64,000 nt of DNA from Clostridium sp. 27_14 (GCA_001916035.1 MNRQ01000023.1:8850-72849), one strand, 5' to 3'; positions 30,824 to 40,487 are shown, numbered from the stretch's first letter. Notes: generated by a model from the letters alone, not told the origin. Made by a program: numbers and translations.

Positions 30824-31732
30824 ATGGATTTTAAAGAAGAACTACAAACATATCAATCAATAATAAATAATGAATTACAAAAATATTTAAGAAAAGAAAA
30901 AGGACTAGAAGAAATATTACACCAATCAATGGAATACAGCCTAATGGCAGGAGGAAAAAGGCTAAGACCAATATTAGTATTAGCAACGTATAAACTTATA
31001 AAAAATGAAAATTATGAAAAATGTCTGCCTTATGCTGTAGCTATAGAAATGGTACACAACTTTTCACTTATACATGATGACTTACCAGGAATTGATAATG
31101 ACGATTTTAGACATGGAAAGCCAACAAACCATAAAAAATTTAATGAAGCAACAGCAATACTAGCAGGAGATGCTTTATTAAACAATTCTTATATAATAAT
31201 TAGTAAAGATTTAATAAAAAGTAAAGAAAAGTTGAAAAATGATAGCACTGAATTAAAAGCAAAATTACAAATTTTTAATGAATTCTCTATAGCAATTGAT
31301 AAAATGATAGCAGGAGAATATATAGATACAGAATTTGAAGGAAAAAATATATCAATAGAAGATTTAGAATATATTCATGAAAATAAGACAGGAGCACTAT
31401 TAACATTATGTGTTAGAATGGGAGCAATACTAGCAAATGCAACACAAGAAGATTTGCAGAATCTTACAAACTATTCTAAAAAAATAGGATTAGCTTTTCA
31501 AGTAAAAGACGATATCTTATCAGAAGAAGGAGACGAAAAAAAATTAGGAAAACCAGTTGGAAATGACAAAGAAAGAGGAAAATGTACTTATGTTTCTAAA
31601 TATGGATTAGATGGAGCAAAAGACATATTAAACGACTTAACAGAACACGCAATAGAATCATTAAAAAAATATGGAAAAGAAGCAGAATTTTTAAAAAGAC
31701 TAGCAGAATATATACGTGACAGACAAAAATAA
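30824..31732 (+). CDS. ispA: Polyprenyl (farnesyl/geranylgeranyl) diphosphate synthase
   Basis: GGKRLRP, first DDxxD motif (LIHDDLPGIDNDDFRHG), second motif FQVKDDILS. The start could be 30815. Confidence 0.85.
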   Translation: MDFKEELQTYQSIINNELQKYLRKEKGLEEILHQSMEYSLMAGGKRLRPILVLATYKLIKNENYEKCLPYAVAIEMVHNFSLIHDDLPGIDNDDFRHGKPTNHKKFNEATAILAGDALLNNSYIIISKDLIKSKEKLKNDSTELKAKLQIFNEFSIAIDKMIAGEYIDTEFEGKNISIEDLEYIHENKTGALLTLCVRMGAILANATQEDLQNLTNYSKKIGLAFQVKDDILSEEGDEKKLGKPVGNDKERGKCTYVSKYGLDGAKDILNDLTEHAIESLKKYGKEAEFLKRLAEYIRDRQK

Positions 31733-31799
31733 AATTCACTTCAATGAACTCTATATTATTAAAATACGCTTGTGTTTTTAGAAAGGAAAGAAATAAAAT

Positions 31800-32513
31800 A
31801 TGAATTTAGAAAAAGAAAACCTACCCAAACATATTGCAATAATAATGGATGGAAACAGAAGATGGGCAAAATCAAAAGGAAAACCAGCAGGATTTGGGCA
31901 CAAAGAAGGTGCAAAGGTTTTAGAAAAAATAGTAAGATATGCAAACAAAATAGGTATAGAACATATCACAGTATATGCATTTTCAACAGAAAACTGGAAA
32001 AGAGCCAAGGAAGAAGTATCAACTTTAATGGCATTATTTCAAAGCTATTTAGATGATTATAGTAAAAGAGCAGACTCAGAAAATATAAAAGTAAAAATTA
32101 TAGGAAATAGAAAAGGTCTTTCAGCAAAAATGATTTCAAGTATAGAAAAATGCATGGAAAGGACCAAAAACAATACTGGAATTGTATTTAATATAGCTCT
32201 AAATTATGGAGGCAGAGAAGAATTATTAAATGTAACACATAAAATAGCAGAAGATGTAAAAAAAGGTATATTACAACCTGAAGAAATTACAGAAAAAGAT
32301 ATAGAAAAATATTTATATACAAAAGGTCAACCAGATCCAGATTTACTTATAAGAACAAGTGGAGAAAAACGTTTAAGTAACTTTTTACCATGGCAATTAT
32401 CATATTCAGAATTTTTATTTATAGATAAAAATTGGCCAGATTTTACAGAAGAAGACTTAAATTACGCAATAGAAGAATATCAAAAAAGAACTAGAAAATT
32501 TGGTGCAAACTAG
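31800..32513 (+). CDS. uppS: Undecaprenyl diphosphate synthase (isoprenyl transferase)
   Basis: HIAIIMDGNRRWA, YAFSTENWKR, IRTSGEKRLSNFLPWQ. Confidence 0.95.
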   Translation: MNLEKENLPKHIAIIMDGNRRWAKSKGKPAGFGHKEGAKVLEKIVRYANKIGIEHITVYAFSTENWKRAKEEVSTLMALFQSYLDDYSKRADSENIKVKIIGNRKGLSAKMISSIEKCMERTKNNTGIVFNIALNYGGREELLNVTHKIAEDVKKGILQPEEITEKDIEKYLYTKGQPDPDLLIRTSGEKRLSNFLPWQLSYSEFLFIDKNWPDFTEEDLNYAIEEYQKRTRKFGAN

Positions 32514-32628
32514 CAAAAAAACAACTAAATAAAAATAAATTTTAATAAAAACATAAATTAGTGTAATTATTTTGAATATAGATATATTAAGCAATGTACA
32601 AAAATAAATAAAAGGAGAACCAAGAATT

Positions 32629-33432
32629 ATGGACGTAAAAAGAATTACATCAGCATTATTAGGATTCCCGCTAGTCGTAATAATTTTTTTGATAGGAAAT
32701 AAATATATAGTAGATGCATTAATAGCAATAGTAGCAATACTAGGGATGTTTGAGTATTTTAAAGCAATCTCAAAAGTATGTAAACCAGTAAAATGGTTAG
32801 GATATTTAAGTTGTCTAAGTATAGCATTTATACATGTTATACCAAATATATGGCTAACTTCTGTAGTAACATTATCAGTACCAACAATTTTATTAATATT
32901 ATTTTTAAATATAATTATAACAGATATGAGAATAAATTTTAAAGATATTGCCTATACTTTTATAGGAATATTTTACATAGTATTTTTTATGATGTTTATA
33001 GCATTTATAAATGGAATGCCAAATGGAAATATTAATGTATGGTATGCAATTATAGCAGCATGGGGAACAGACATATTTGCATATTTTATAGGAAAACATT
33101 TTGGAAAACATAAATTTAGCAAAGTAAGTCCAAAAAAATCTATAGAAGGTTGTATTGCAGGAACTATAGGTGCAGTTGTATTAATGTTAGGATACACATA
33201 CTTCGCAAACAACTATTGGGGAGTTAACTATTCGTATGCATATATTGCAATAATAGGGATCATACTAAGTTTAATTGGACAAATAGGAGACTTTTCAGCA
33301 TCAAGCATTAAAAGATATGTAGATATAAAAGATTTTAGTAATTTAATTCCAGGACATGGAGGAATGTTAGACAGAATAGATAGTTTATTATTTTTAGCAC
33401 CATTTGCTTATGCACTATTTACATTACTTTAG
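32629..33432 (+). CDS. cdsA: Phosphatidate cytidylyltransferase
   Basis: Multi-TM; SPKKSIEGCIAG, DFSASSIKR, PGHGGMLDRIDS. Confidence 0.9.
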   Translation: MDVKRITSALLGFPLVVIIFLIGNKYIVDALIAIVAILGMFEYFKAISKVCKPVKWLGYLSCLSIAFIHVIPNIWLTSVVTLSVPTILLILFLNIIITDMRINFKDIAYTFIGIFYIVFFMMFIAFINGMPNGNINVWYAIIAAWGTDIFAYFIGKHFGKHKFSKVSPKKSIEGCIAGTIGAVVLMLGYTYFANNYWGVNYSYAYIAIIGIILSLIGQIGDFSASSIKRYVDIKDFSNLIPGHGGMLDRIDSLLFLAPFAYALFTLL

Positions 33433-33444
33433 GAGGCGATTGAT

Positions 33445-34215
33445 ATAACAATTATAACTATTTTTATATCAGCACTTAAGATTATATTTTTATTAGGATT
33501 TCTTATACTTATACATGAATCAGGACACTTACTTGTAGCAAAACTATGCAAAGTAAAAGTAAATGAATTTGCTATTGGATTTGGACCTGTAATATGGAAA
33601 CATCAAGGAAAAGAAACAAAATACGCCATACGAGCAATCCCATTAGGAGGATTTTGCAATATGGAAGGAGAAGAAGAAAGATCAGAAGAATCCGGATCTT
33701 TTTCAAAAGCAAGTATACCAAAAAGAATAGCAATAGTAGCAGCAGGAGCAATAGTCAATATAATATTTGGAATAATAGTGTATTTTATACTTATGTCATG
33801 TATAGGAATGTATGTAGGTACAGAAGACACAATTATAAACCACATAAAATTCGCAGGAGAAGAAACAGGGCAACTTTTTATATCACTTTTTGATAGTATA
33901 AAACAATTATTTACAGGAAAAATAGGTGTAGACCAAATGATGGGACCTGTTGGAATATCAGAAGTTGTAGCAAAAACCAATGGAATACAAGAATTTATAT
34001 ATTTATTATCAGTAATATCAATATCACTAGGAGTAACAAATTTATTACCAATACCAGCTTTAGATGGAGGAAAAATTTTAATACTAATAATAGAAGCAAT
34101 CCGTAGAAAACCACTAAATGAAAAATTTGAAATAAATATTCAACTATTAGGATTTTCATTGCTAATTGCATTATCAATTTATATAACATATCATGATATT
34201 GTTCGAATATTTTAA
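33445..34215 (+). CDS. rseP: RIP (site-2) zinc metalloprotease RseP/RasP family, short PDZ-less form, non-canonical start
   Basis: The frame is open from 33433. It encodes LILIHESGHLLVAKLCKVKVNEFAIGFGP (HExxH) upstream of the first ATG (33661), and LPIPALDGG near the C-terminus. No ATG/GTG/TTG is available; ATA 33445 or ATT 33451 follows AGGAGG (33431-33436). Confidence 0.75.
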   Translation: MTIITIFISALKIIFLLGFLILIHESGHLLVAKLCKVKVNEFAIGFGPVIWKHQGKETKYAIRAIPLGGFCNMEGEEERSEESGSFSKASIPKRIAIVAAGAIVNIIFGIIVYFILMSCIGMYVGTEDTIINHIKFAGEETGQLFISLFDSIKQLFTGKIGVDQMMGPVGISEVVAKTNGIQEFIYLLSVISISLGVTNLLPIPALDGGKILILIIEAIRRKPLNEKFEINIQLLGFSLLIALSIYITYHDIVRIF

Positions 34216-34341
34216 AAAGGTTGGAAAAGAATTATAAATTTAGCAATGCTAAATTCTAATTCTTTTTATATTATATGAAAGCTCTTCAAACTTTCTATAA
34301 TATAAAAAAACATAAAAAGAGCAAGAAAAGAAGGTGAAAAA

Positions 34342-37300
34342 ATGTCTGAACAACAAAGTCAACTAAAAAAAGTAAAAGAAATATTTAGTGACTATAAAAC
34401 AAGAGCAAATATTTTAGAGGCAAAAATATTAGGACTAAACTTATTAAAGAAAAAGAGAATACTAGAATTAATTTTAAGCTCAGATGAATATATAGAAATA
34501 AAAGAGATATGGTATCTTGAAAAATATTTAAGAGAAAGATTTTTATTTGAAAATATAGAACTAGAAATAAAATATACAGAAGATGTAAAAATAAAAAATG
34601 TAGAAGATGAATGGACAAATTTAATATGTTATATGACGCATAAATACCCATTAGCAAAACCAATGCTATTATTAAAAAGCAAAATAGAAGTAAAAAATAA
34701 TACAATAAATGTAAAAATGCACATCAGAGGAGCAGAATTTTTAAAAGCCAAAAAAACAGACATAATATTACAAAAAATGATAAAAAACATATTAGGAAAA
34801 GAATATAAAATAGAATTAGAAGAAGATATAGACAAAGAAGAAATAAAAAAATATCAAGAAAAAATGAGAAAAAAAGAAGAAGAAGAAATACAAAGAGCAC
34901 AAGTAATTGCAGAAAGTATGCAAAATGAACAAAAAACAGAACAAGAAAATAATACTACAGAAAATAATATACCAACAGACATAAAAGGATATATACCACC
35001 TTCAGACATACCACCACAAGATATACCACTTCCAGAAGAACCACCACAATACATACCAGCAGAAGATATAATTCCAGAACTTGAAGAAGAACAGCAATAT
35101 ATTATAGGAAAACCATCAAAAGCAAAAGAGAAAAAAGTAAAAATACAAGAAATAACCGCAAATGACGGAAGAGTTACATTAGAAGGAAGAATATTAACAA
35201 GCCAAGCAAGAGAAACAAAATCAGGAAAAGGAATGTTAATATTAGAATTATATGATGGAACAGGAACAATTACATGTAAATCATTTGCAAAAGACATAAA
35301 AGAAGGAAACGAAATAGTAGAAAAAATAAAAAATGCAAAAACAATAAAACTAATAGGAAAAGCAGGATTAGACACTTATGCAGGAGATGTAACAGTAATA
35401 GCAAACACAATCATAGAAACAGATGCAGACATACCAGAACTACCAACAGAAGCAGAAGACACACCATTAATTTATGGAAAAAATATAAATATAACAGAAT
35501 CACTAACAAAAATAGAAAACTTAGGAGTAGATGATGGAAAAGTATGTATAGATGGTGAAGTTATAGGAATAGAAGATAGACCATTAAAAAACGGAAAAAC
35601 ACTATTAAGTATTGACATATATGATGGTACAAGCACAATGACATGTAAAGCATTTGTTCAAAACGAACAAAGTAAAAAAGTTATAAAAAGACTAACTAGT
35701 GCAAAAGGAGTACGCCTAGCAGGAAATGCACAAATGGACAGTTTCTCAAACGAACTTACAATAATGGCAAACACAATAATAGAATCAGAAGGAGTAAAAA
35801 AAGAAATAAGACAAGACAACAGTGAAGTAAAAAGAGTAGAACTACATATGCACACTAAAATGAGTCAAATGGATGCAATGACATCAGCAACAGACTTAAT
35901 AAAAAGAGCTATGAAATGGGGAATGAAATCAATAGCAATAACAGACCACGGAGTAGTACAAGCATTTCCAGAAGCACATAAATTATTAGGAGTAGACAAT
36001 CCAGATATGAAAATTATATATGGAGTTGAAGCATATCTAGCACCAGACAATACAAAATCAATATATAATCCAAAAGGACAACCATTAGACACAACATATT
36101 GTGTACTTGATTTAGAAACAACAGGATTTTCTGCCACAAATGACCGTATAACAGAAATAGGGGTAATGAAATACAAATCAGGAGAAGTAATAGGAGAATT
36201 TAGTGAATTTGTAAACCCAGAAAGACACATACCAGAAAGAGTAACAGAAGTAACAAATATTACAGATGATATGGTAAAAGATGCAGACACAATAGAAAAA
36301 GTCTTCCCAAGACTATTAGAATTTTTAGGAAAAGATTGTGTAATAGTAGCACACAATGCCAACTTTGATGTAGGATTTTTAAAACAAAATGCCAAAGCAC
36401 TAGGATATGAATTTGACTATACATATTTAGATACATTAAGTTTAGCAAAAGATTTATTCCCAGACTATAAAAAATACAAATTAGGAAAAATAGCAGAAAA
36501 TTTAGGAATAAAAGTAGAAGTAGCACACAGAGCATTAGATGATGTTGACACAACAGTAAAAGTATTCAAAGTAATGCTAAAAATGCTAGAAGAAAGAGGA
36601 GCAAAAACAATCGAAGACATAGACAGAGTAGCAGCAGATGAACAAGCAAAAAAAGAAGAATACAAAAAACTAAAAATATATCATGCAATCATATTAGCAA
36701 CAAACTATGTAGGACTACGCAATTTATATAAATTAGTATCACTATCACATGTTGATTATTTTTACAGAAAACCACGTATCCTAAAAAGTTTATATAAAAA
36801 ATACTCAGAAGGACTAATATTAGGAAGTGCCTGTGAAGCAGGAGAATTATATCAAGCAATAGAACAGGGAAAAACAGACGAAGAAATAGAAGAAATAGCA
36901 CAAGACTACGACTATTTAGAAATACAACCAATAGGAAACAATCAATTTCTAGTAAGAGAAGGAATCATGAGAGACGAAGAAGAACTAAGAGACATAAACA
37001 GAAAAATTGTAGCACTAGGAGAAAAATTAAATAAACTAGTAGTAGCAACATGTGATGTACACTTTATGGACCCACAAGACGAAATATACAGACGTATCCT
37101 ACAAGCTGGACAAAAATATGATGATGCAGATCAACAAGCACCATTATACTTAAGAACAACAGAAGAAATGCTAAAAGAATTCAGCTATTTAGGAGAAGAA
37201 AAAGCTTATGAAGTAGTAGTAACAAACACAAATAAAATATCAGATATGTGTGAACAAATAAGCCCAATATCACCAGAAAAATGTCCACCACACATACCAG

Positions 37301-39108
37301 GATGTGAAGAAACAATAAAAAATATTGCATATAGCAAAGCACACGAATTATATGGAGACCCATTACCAGAAATAGTACAAACAAGACTAGACAAAGAGTT
37401 AGACTCAATTATAAAAAATGGATTCTCAGTAATGTATATAATAGCACAAAAATTAGTATGGAAATCAAACGAAGATGGTTATATAGTAGGCTCCAGAGGA
37501 TCAGTAGGATCATCATTTGTTGCTAATATGACGGGTATTACAGAGGTAAACTCTTTACCAGCACACTACAGATGTCCAAATTGCAAATATTCAGATTTTA
37601 CAGATTATGGCGTAAAAAATGGGTTTGATTTACCAGATAAAGAATGTCCAAAATGTGGACATAAATTAGCACCTTTTGAAACATTTTTAGGATTTAATGG
37701 AGACAAAGAACCAGATATAGACTTAAACTTTTCAGGAGAATATCAAGCAAAAGCACATAGATATACAGAAGTAATATTTGGAAAAGGAACAACATTTAAA
37801 GCAGGAACAATAGGAACAGTAGCAGACAAAACAGCATTTGGATATGTAAAAAATTATTTTGAAGAAAGACACATACCAATAAACAATGCAGAAATAAAAA
37901 GATTATCATCAGGATGTACAGGAATAAAAAGAACAACAGGACAACACCCAGGAGGAATAATAGTTGTACCAAAAGGAAGAGAAATATACGAATTTTGCCC
38001 AGTACAACACCCAGCAGATGATCCAAACTCAGACATAATAACAACACACTTTGACTATCACTCAATAGATGCAAACCTATTAAAACTAGACATACTAGGC
38101 CACGACGATCCAACAGTAATACTAGATGACAAAGAAACAATGTCAATATTTAGTTCAACAAAAGCATTAGGAGTAACACCAGAACAAATAAAATCAGAAG
38201 TAGGAAGTTATGGAATACCAGAATTTGGAACAAAATTCGTAAGAGGAATGTTAGTAGACACAAAACCAACAACATTTGACGAACTAATACGTATATCAGG
38301 ACTATCACACGGTACAGATGTATGGTTAGGAAATGCACAAAGTTTAATAGAACAAGGAACAGTAACATTAACAGAAGCAATATGTTGTCGTGACGATATA
38401 ATGATATATTTAATAAAACAAGGATTACCACCAAACCCATCATTCAAAATAATGGAAACAGTACGTAAAGGAAAAGCATTAAAAGACCCAGCAAAATGGG
38501 CAGAATATGTAGCATTAATGAAAGAACACAATGTACCAGACTGGTATATAAAATCATGCGAAAAAATAAAATACATGTTCCCAAAAGCCCATGCAGCAGC
38601 GTATGTAACAAATGCATTCAGGATAGCATGGTTCAAAGTACACCAACCAAAAGCATATTATGCAGCATTTTTCTCAATAAGGGCATCAGACGACTTTGAC
38701 AGTGAAATAATGTGTTTTGGAAAAGAAAAAGTAAAAAACAAAATGAAAGAAATAGATTTATTAGGAAATAATGCAACACAAAAAGACAAAACAATGTACC
38801 CAGTATTAGAACTCGTATTAGAAATGTATGAAAGAGGTTTTGACTTTTTGCCAATAGACTTATACAAATCAAGTAGCACAAAATTTATAGTAGAAGAAGA
38901 TGGAATAAGGCCACCTTTAAATAGTATACCAGGACTAGGAACAGTAGCAGCACAAGGAATAGAAAATGCAAGAAAAGACGGTAAATTCATGTCAATAGAT
39001 GACCTAAGAATAAGAGCAAAAGTAGGAGTATCTGTAACAGACTTATTAAAAAAATTCGGGTGCCTAGAAGGAATGAGCCAAAGTAATCAAATGAGTTTAT
39101 TCGGATAA
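34342..39108 (+). CDS. polC: DNA polymerase III PolC-type (alpha subunit with 3'-5' exonuclease)
   Basis: 1588 aa. PHP (RVELHMHTKMSQMD), DEDDh exonuclease (YCVLDLETTG...AHNANFDVGFL...HRALDDV), zinc module CPNC...CPKC, GIKRTTGQHPGGIIVVP, KYMFPKAHAAAYV. Confidence 0.97.
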   Translation: MSEQQSQLKKVKEIFSDYKTRANILEAKILGLNLLKKKRILELILSSDEYIEIKEIWYLEKYLRERFLFENIELEIKYTEDVKIKNVEDEWTNLICYMTHKYPLAKPMLLLKSKIEVKNNTINVKMHIRGAEFLKAKKTDIILQKMIKNILGKEYKIELEEDIDKEEIKKYQEKMRKKEEEEIQRAQVIAESMQNEQKTEQENNTTENNIPTDIKGYIPPSDIPPQDIPLPEEPPQYIPAEDIIPELEEEQQYIIGKPSKAKEKKVKIQEITANDGRVTLEGRILTSQARETKSGKGMLILELYDGTGTITCKSFAKDIKEGNEIVEKIKNAKTIKLIGKAGLDTYAGDVTVIANTIIETDADIPELPTEAEDTPLIYGKNINITESLTKIENLGVDDGKVCIDGEVIGIEDRPLKNGKTLLSIDIYDGTSTMTCKAFVQNEQSKKVIKRLTSAKGVRLAGNAQMDSFSNELTIMANTIIESEGVKKEIRQDNSEVKRVELHMHTKMSQMDAMTSATDLIKRAMKWGMKSIAITDHGVVQAFPEAHKLLGVDNPDMKIIYGVEAYLAPDNTKSIYNPKGQPLDTTYCVLDLETTGFSATNDRITEIGVMKYKSGEVIGEFSEFVNPERHIPERVTEVTNITDDMVKDADTIEKVFPRLLEFLGKDCVIVAHNANFDVGFLKQNAKALGYEFDYTYLDTLSLAKDLFPDYKKYKLGKIAENLGIKVEVAHRALDDVDTTVKVFKVMLKMLEERGAKTIEDIDRVAADEQAKKEEYKKLKIYHAIILATNYVGLRNLYKLVSLSHVDYFYRKPRILKSLYKKYSEGLILGSACEAGELYQAIEQGKTDEEIEEIAQDYDYLEIQPIGNNQFLVREGIMRDEEELRDINRKIVALGEKLNKLVVATCDVHFMDPQDEIYRRILQAGQKYDDADQQAPLYLRTTEEMLKEFSYLGEEKAYEVVVTNTNKISDMCEQISPISPEKCPPHIPGCEETIKNIAYSKAHELYGDPLPEIVQTRLDKELDSIIKNGFSVMYIIAQKLVWKSNEDGYIVGSRGSVGSSFVANMTGITEVNSLPAHYRCPNCKYSDFTDYGVKNGFDLPDKECPKCGHKLAPFETFLGFNGDKEPDIDLNFSGEYQAKAHRYTEVIFGKGTTFKAGTIGTVADKTAFGYVKNYFEERHIPINNAEIKRLSSGCTGIKRTTGQHPGGIIVVPKGREIYEFCPVQHPADDPNSDIITTHFDYHSIDANLLKLDILGHDDPTVILDDKETMSIFSSTKALGVTPEQIKSEVGSYGIPEFGTKFVRGMLVDTKPTTFDELIRISGLSHGTDVWLGNAQSLIEQGTVTLTEAICCRDDIMIYLIKQGLPPNPSFKIMETVRKGKALKDPAKWAEYVALMKEHNVPDWYIKSCEKIKYMFPKAHAAAYVTNAFRIAWFKVHQPKAYYAAFFSIRASDDFDSEIMCFGKEKVKNKMKEIDLLGNNATQKDKTMYPVLELVLEMYERGFDFLPIDLYKSSSTKFIVEEDGIRPPLNSIPGLGTVAAQGIENARKDGKFMSIDDLRIRAKVGVSVTDLLKKFGCLEGMSQSNQMSLFG

Positions 39109-39196
39109 AAGTAAAAGAAAAAACTTTTTATAAAATATCAAGATATTATTATTGTTCATATTATTATGAAGTTCAGAGAACTTTAATATAGTATAA

Positions 39197-39250
39197 AAAA
39201 GACGACGTAAAAAGATATTAAAATTTAAAATCTTTGTATGTCGTCTTTTT
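39197..39250. terminator. Bidirectional terminator between polC (+) and small ORF (-)
   Basis: AAAAGACGAC...AAAGAT / ATCTTT...GTCGTCTTTT long hairpin. Confidence 0.7.
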
Positions 39251-39337
39251 TGTGTGTTAATTCTTCTGTTTGTGAATAATTAATAAGTTTAAAATTCATT
39301 AGTCTAGTCCACTTAAAAAATTTATTGCAAGTAATAA

Positions 39338-39565
39338 TTATTTTGGAAACATAACATATTTATTATCAGGAGTCAAATATCTCAAAAATAAGACATTTTT
39401 ATGGTCATTTGAAAAAATAATAGAAATTAAATAATAATCATCAGGTAAAGTAAAAGATAAAATTTTCCCCGAACAATCTTTAGACAATTTAACTTCTGGA
39501 TGTTCAATTTCAAAAGTATTCCAATTTGACTCTAACCGAATCCCCTTTAACTGCTTTTTACCCAT
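39338..39565 (-). CDS. Hypothetical small soluble protein (75 aa)
   Basis: AGGAGG RBS before ATG 39565; own promoter and terminator; no recognisable motif. Confidence 0.5.
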   Translation of the reverse strand: MGKKQLKGIRLESNWNTFEIEHPEVKLSKDCSGKILSFTLPDDYYLISIIFSNDHKNVLFLRYLTPDNKYVMFPK

Positions 39566-39614
39566 AATGCTATCCTCCTTCTTGCGATTAATACAAAACA
39601 AAAGTTATATGTAT

Positions 39615-39643
39615 AATATAACACAAGAAAGTAGAAATATCAA
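39615..39643 (-). promoter_or_regulatory. Promoter TTGATA-17-(TGt)TATATT for small ORF
   Basis: On the minus strand: TTGATA (39643-39638), TATATT (39620-39615). Confidence 0.5.
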
Positions 39644-39730
39644 ATAAAATTTAACTGTTTTTATATTAATTATAATAAAAAGCAAAAAGAAATTTATAAA
39701 AAATAATAATGAAATATAAAAAATCTAATA

Positions 39731-40321
39731 TTAAAAGAAATTTAAAGGATTAACATATTGTTCATTAACTCTAAAACCAAGATGCAAATGACAACCAGTA
39801 GTAGCACCATTTGTCGGATTACCATTTGAATCCTTATATAAATTTCCAGAAACACCATAAACATTTTTAGGACCAACTAAAGCAATAATTTGACCTTGTT
39901 TAATAGAATCACCAACAGAAACAATAAAATTAGGGTCAACATGACAATAACTAACTTTAAAATTATCAAAAGAAAGAGTTATAGTATAACCACCAGCACC
40001 CAAAAAATTTGCAAATGTAATAACACCATCATGAAGAGCAACTAACTTGGTACCTTGAGGAGCAGGAATATCACAGCCATAATGGAAACTAGAAGCACCA
40101 CCAGTAGGAGCAGTCCTTTTTCCAAAAGGAGAACTAAGCCTAGTATATCCAGGAATAGGCCAGATAAAACCATTTTGATTTATCTCTAAATTTTCAATAA
40201 ATTCATTACTATTTGATACATTTTGACTAGAACAATCAATAACTGGAACAAAAAACACAGAAACAAAAAATATAACAAGAAATAACAAAAAAATGATTTT
40301 TCTTATAGGAAACACCTCCAT
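39731..40321 (-). CDS. Membrane-anchored M23/LytM peptidase (about 196 aa)
   Basis: N-terminal TM/signal anchor; FHYGCDIPAP and GATTGCHLHLGF motifs. Start is tentative (ATG 40321). Confidence 0.8.
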   Translation of the reverse strand: MEVFPIRKIIFLLFLVIFFVSVFFVPVIDCSSQNVSNSNEFIENLEINQNGFIWPIPGYTRLSSPFGKRTAPTGGASSFHYGCDIPAPQGTKLVALHDGVITFANFLGAGGYTITLSFDNFKVSYCHVDPNFIVSVGDSIKQGQIIALVGPKNVYGVSGNLYKDSNGNPTNGATTGCHLHLGFRVNEQYVNPLNFF

Positions 40322-40452
40322 ATTTTTAATGATTAATATATAATATAGTACAACATATACTAACATAAATTAAAATAAAACACAATAATAAAAAATCGAC
40401 AAAAAAAGACATAATTAAGATCAATACTAAATAAAAAATCATAAAAATAGTA

Positions 40453-40481
40453 TTGTCAAACAAGATAAAATGTGATAAAAT
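40453..40481 (+). promoter_or_regulatory. Promoter TTGTCA-17-(TGa)TAAAAT for pheST leader
   Basis: TTGTCA 40453-40458, TAAAAT 40476-40481 with upstream TG. Confidence 0.55.
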
Positions 40482-40487
40482 AATACA

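Noticed and set aside
32629-34215. CdsA-RseP fusion by read-through or recoding of TAG 33430.
   Set aside because: TAG is used as an ordinary stop by pgsA, uppS and spoIIP in this window. A perfect AGGAGG overlaps the stop, which favours independent or coupled initiation.
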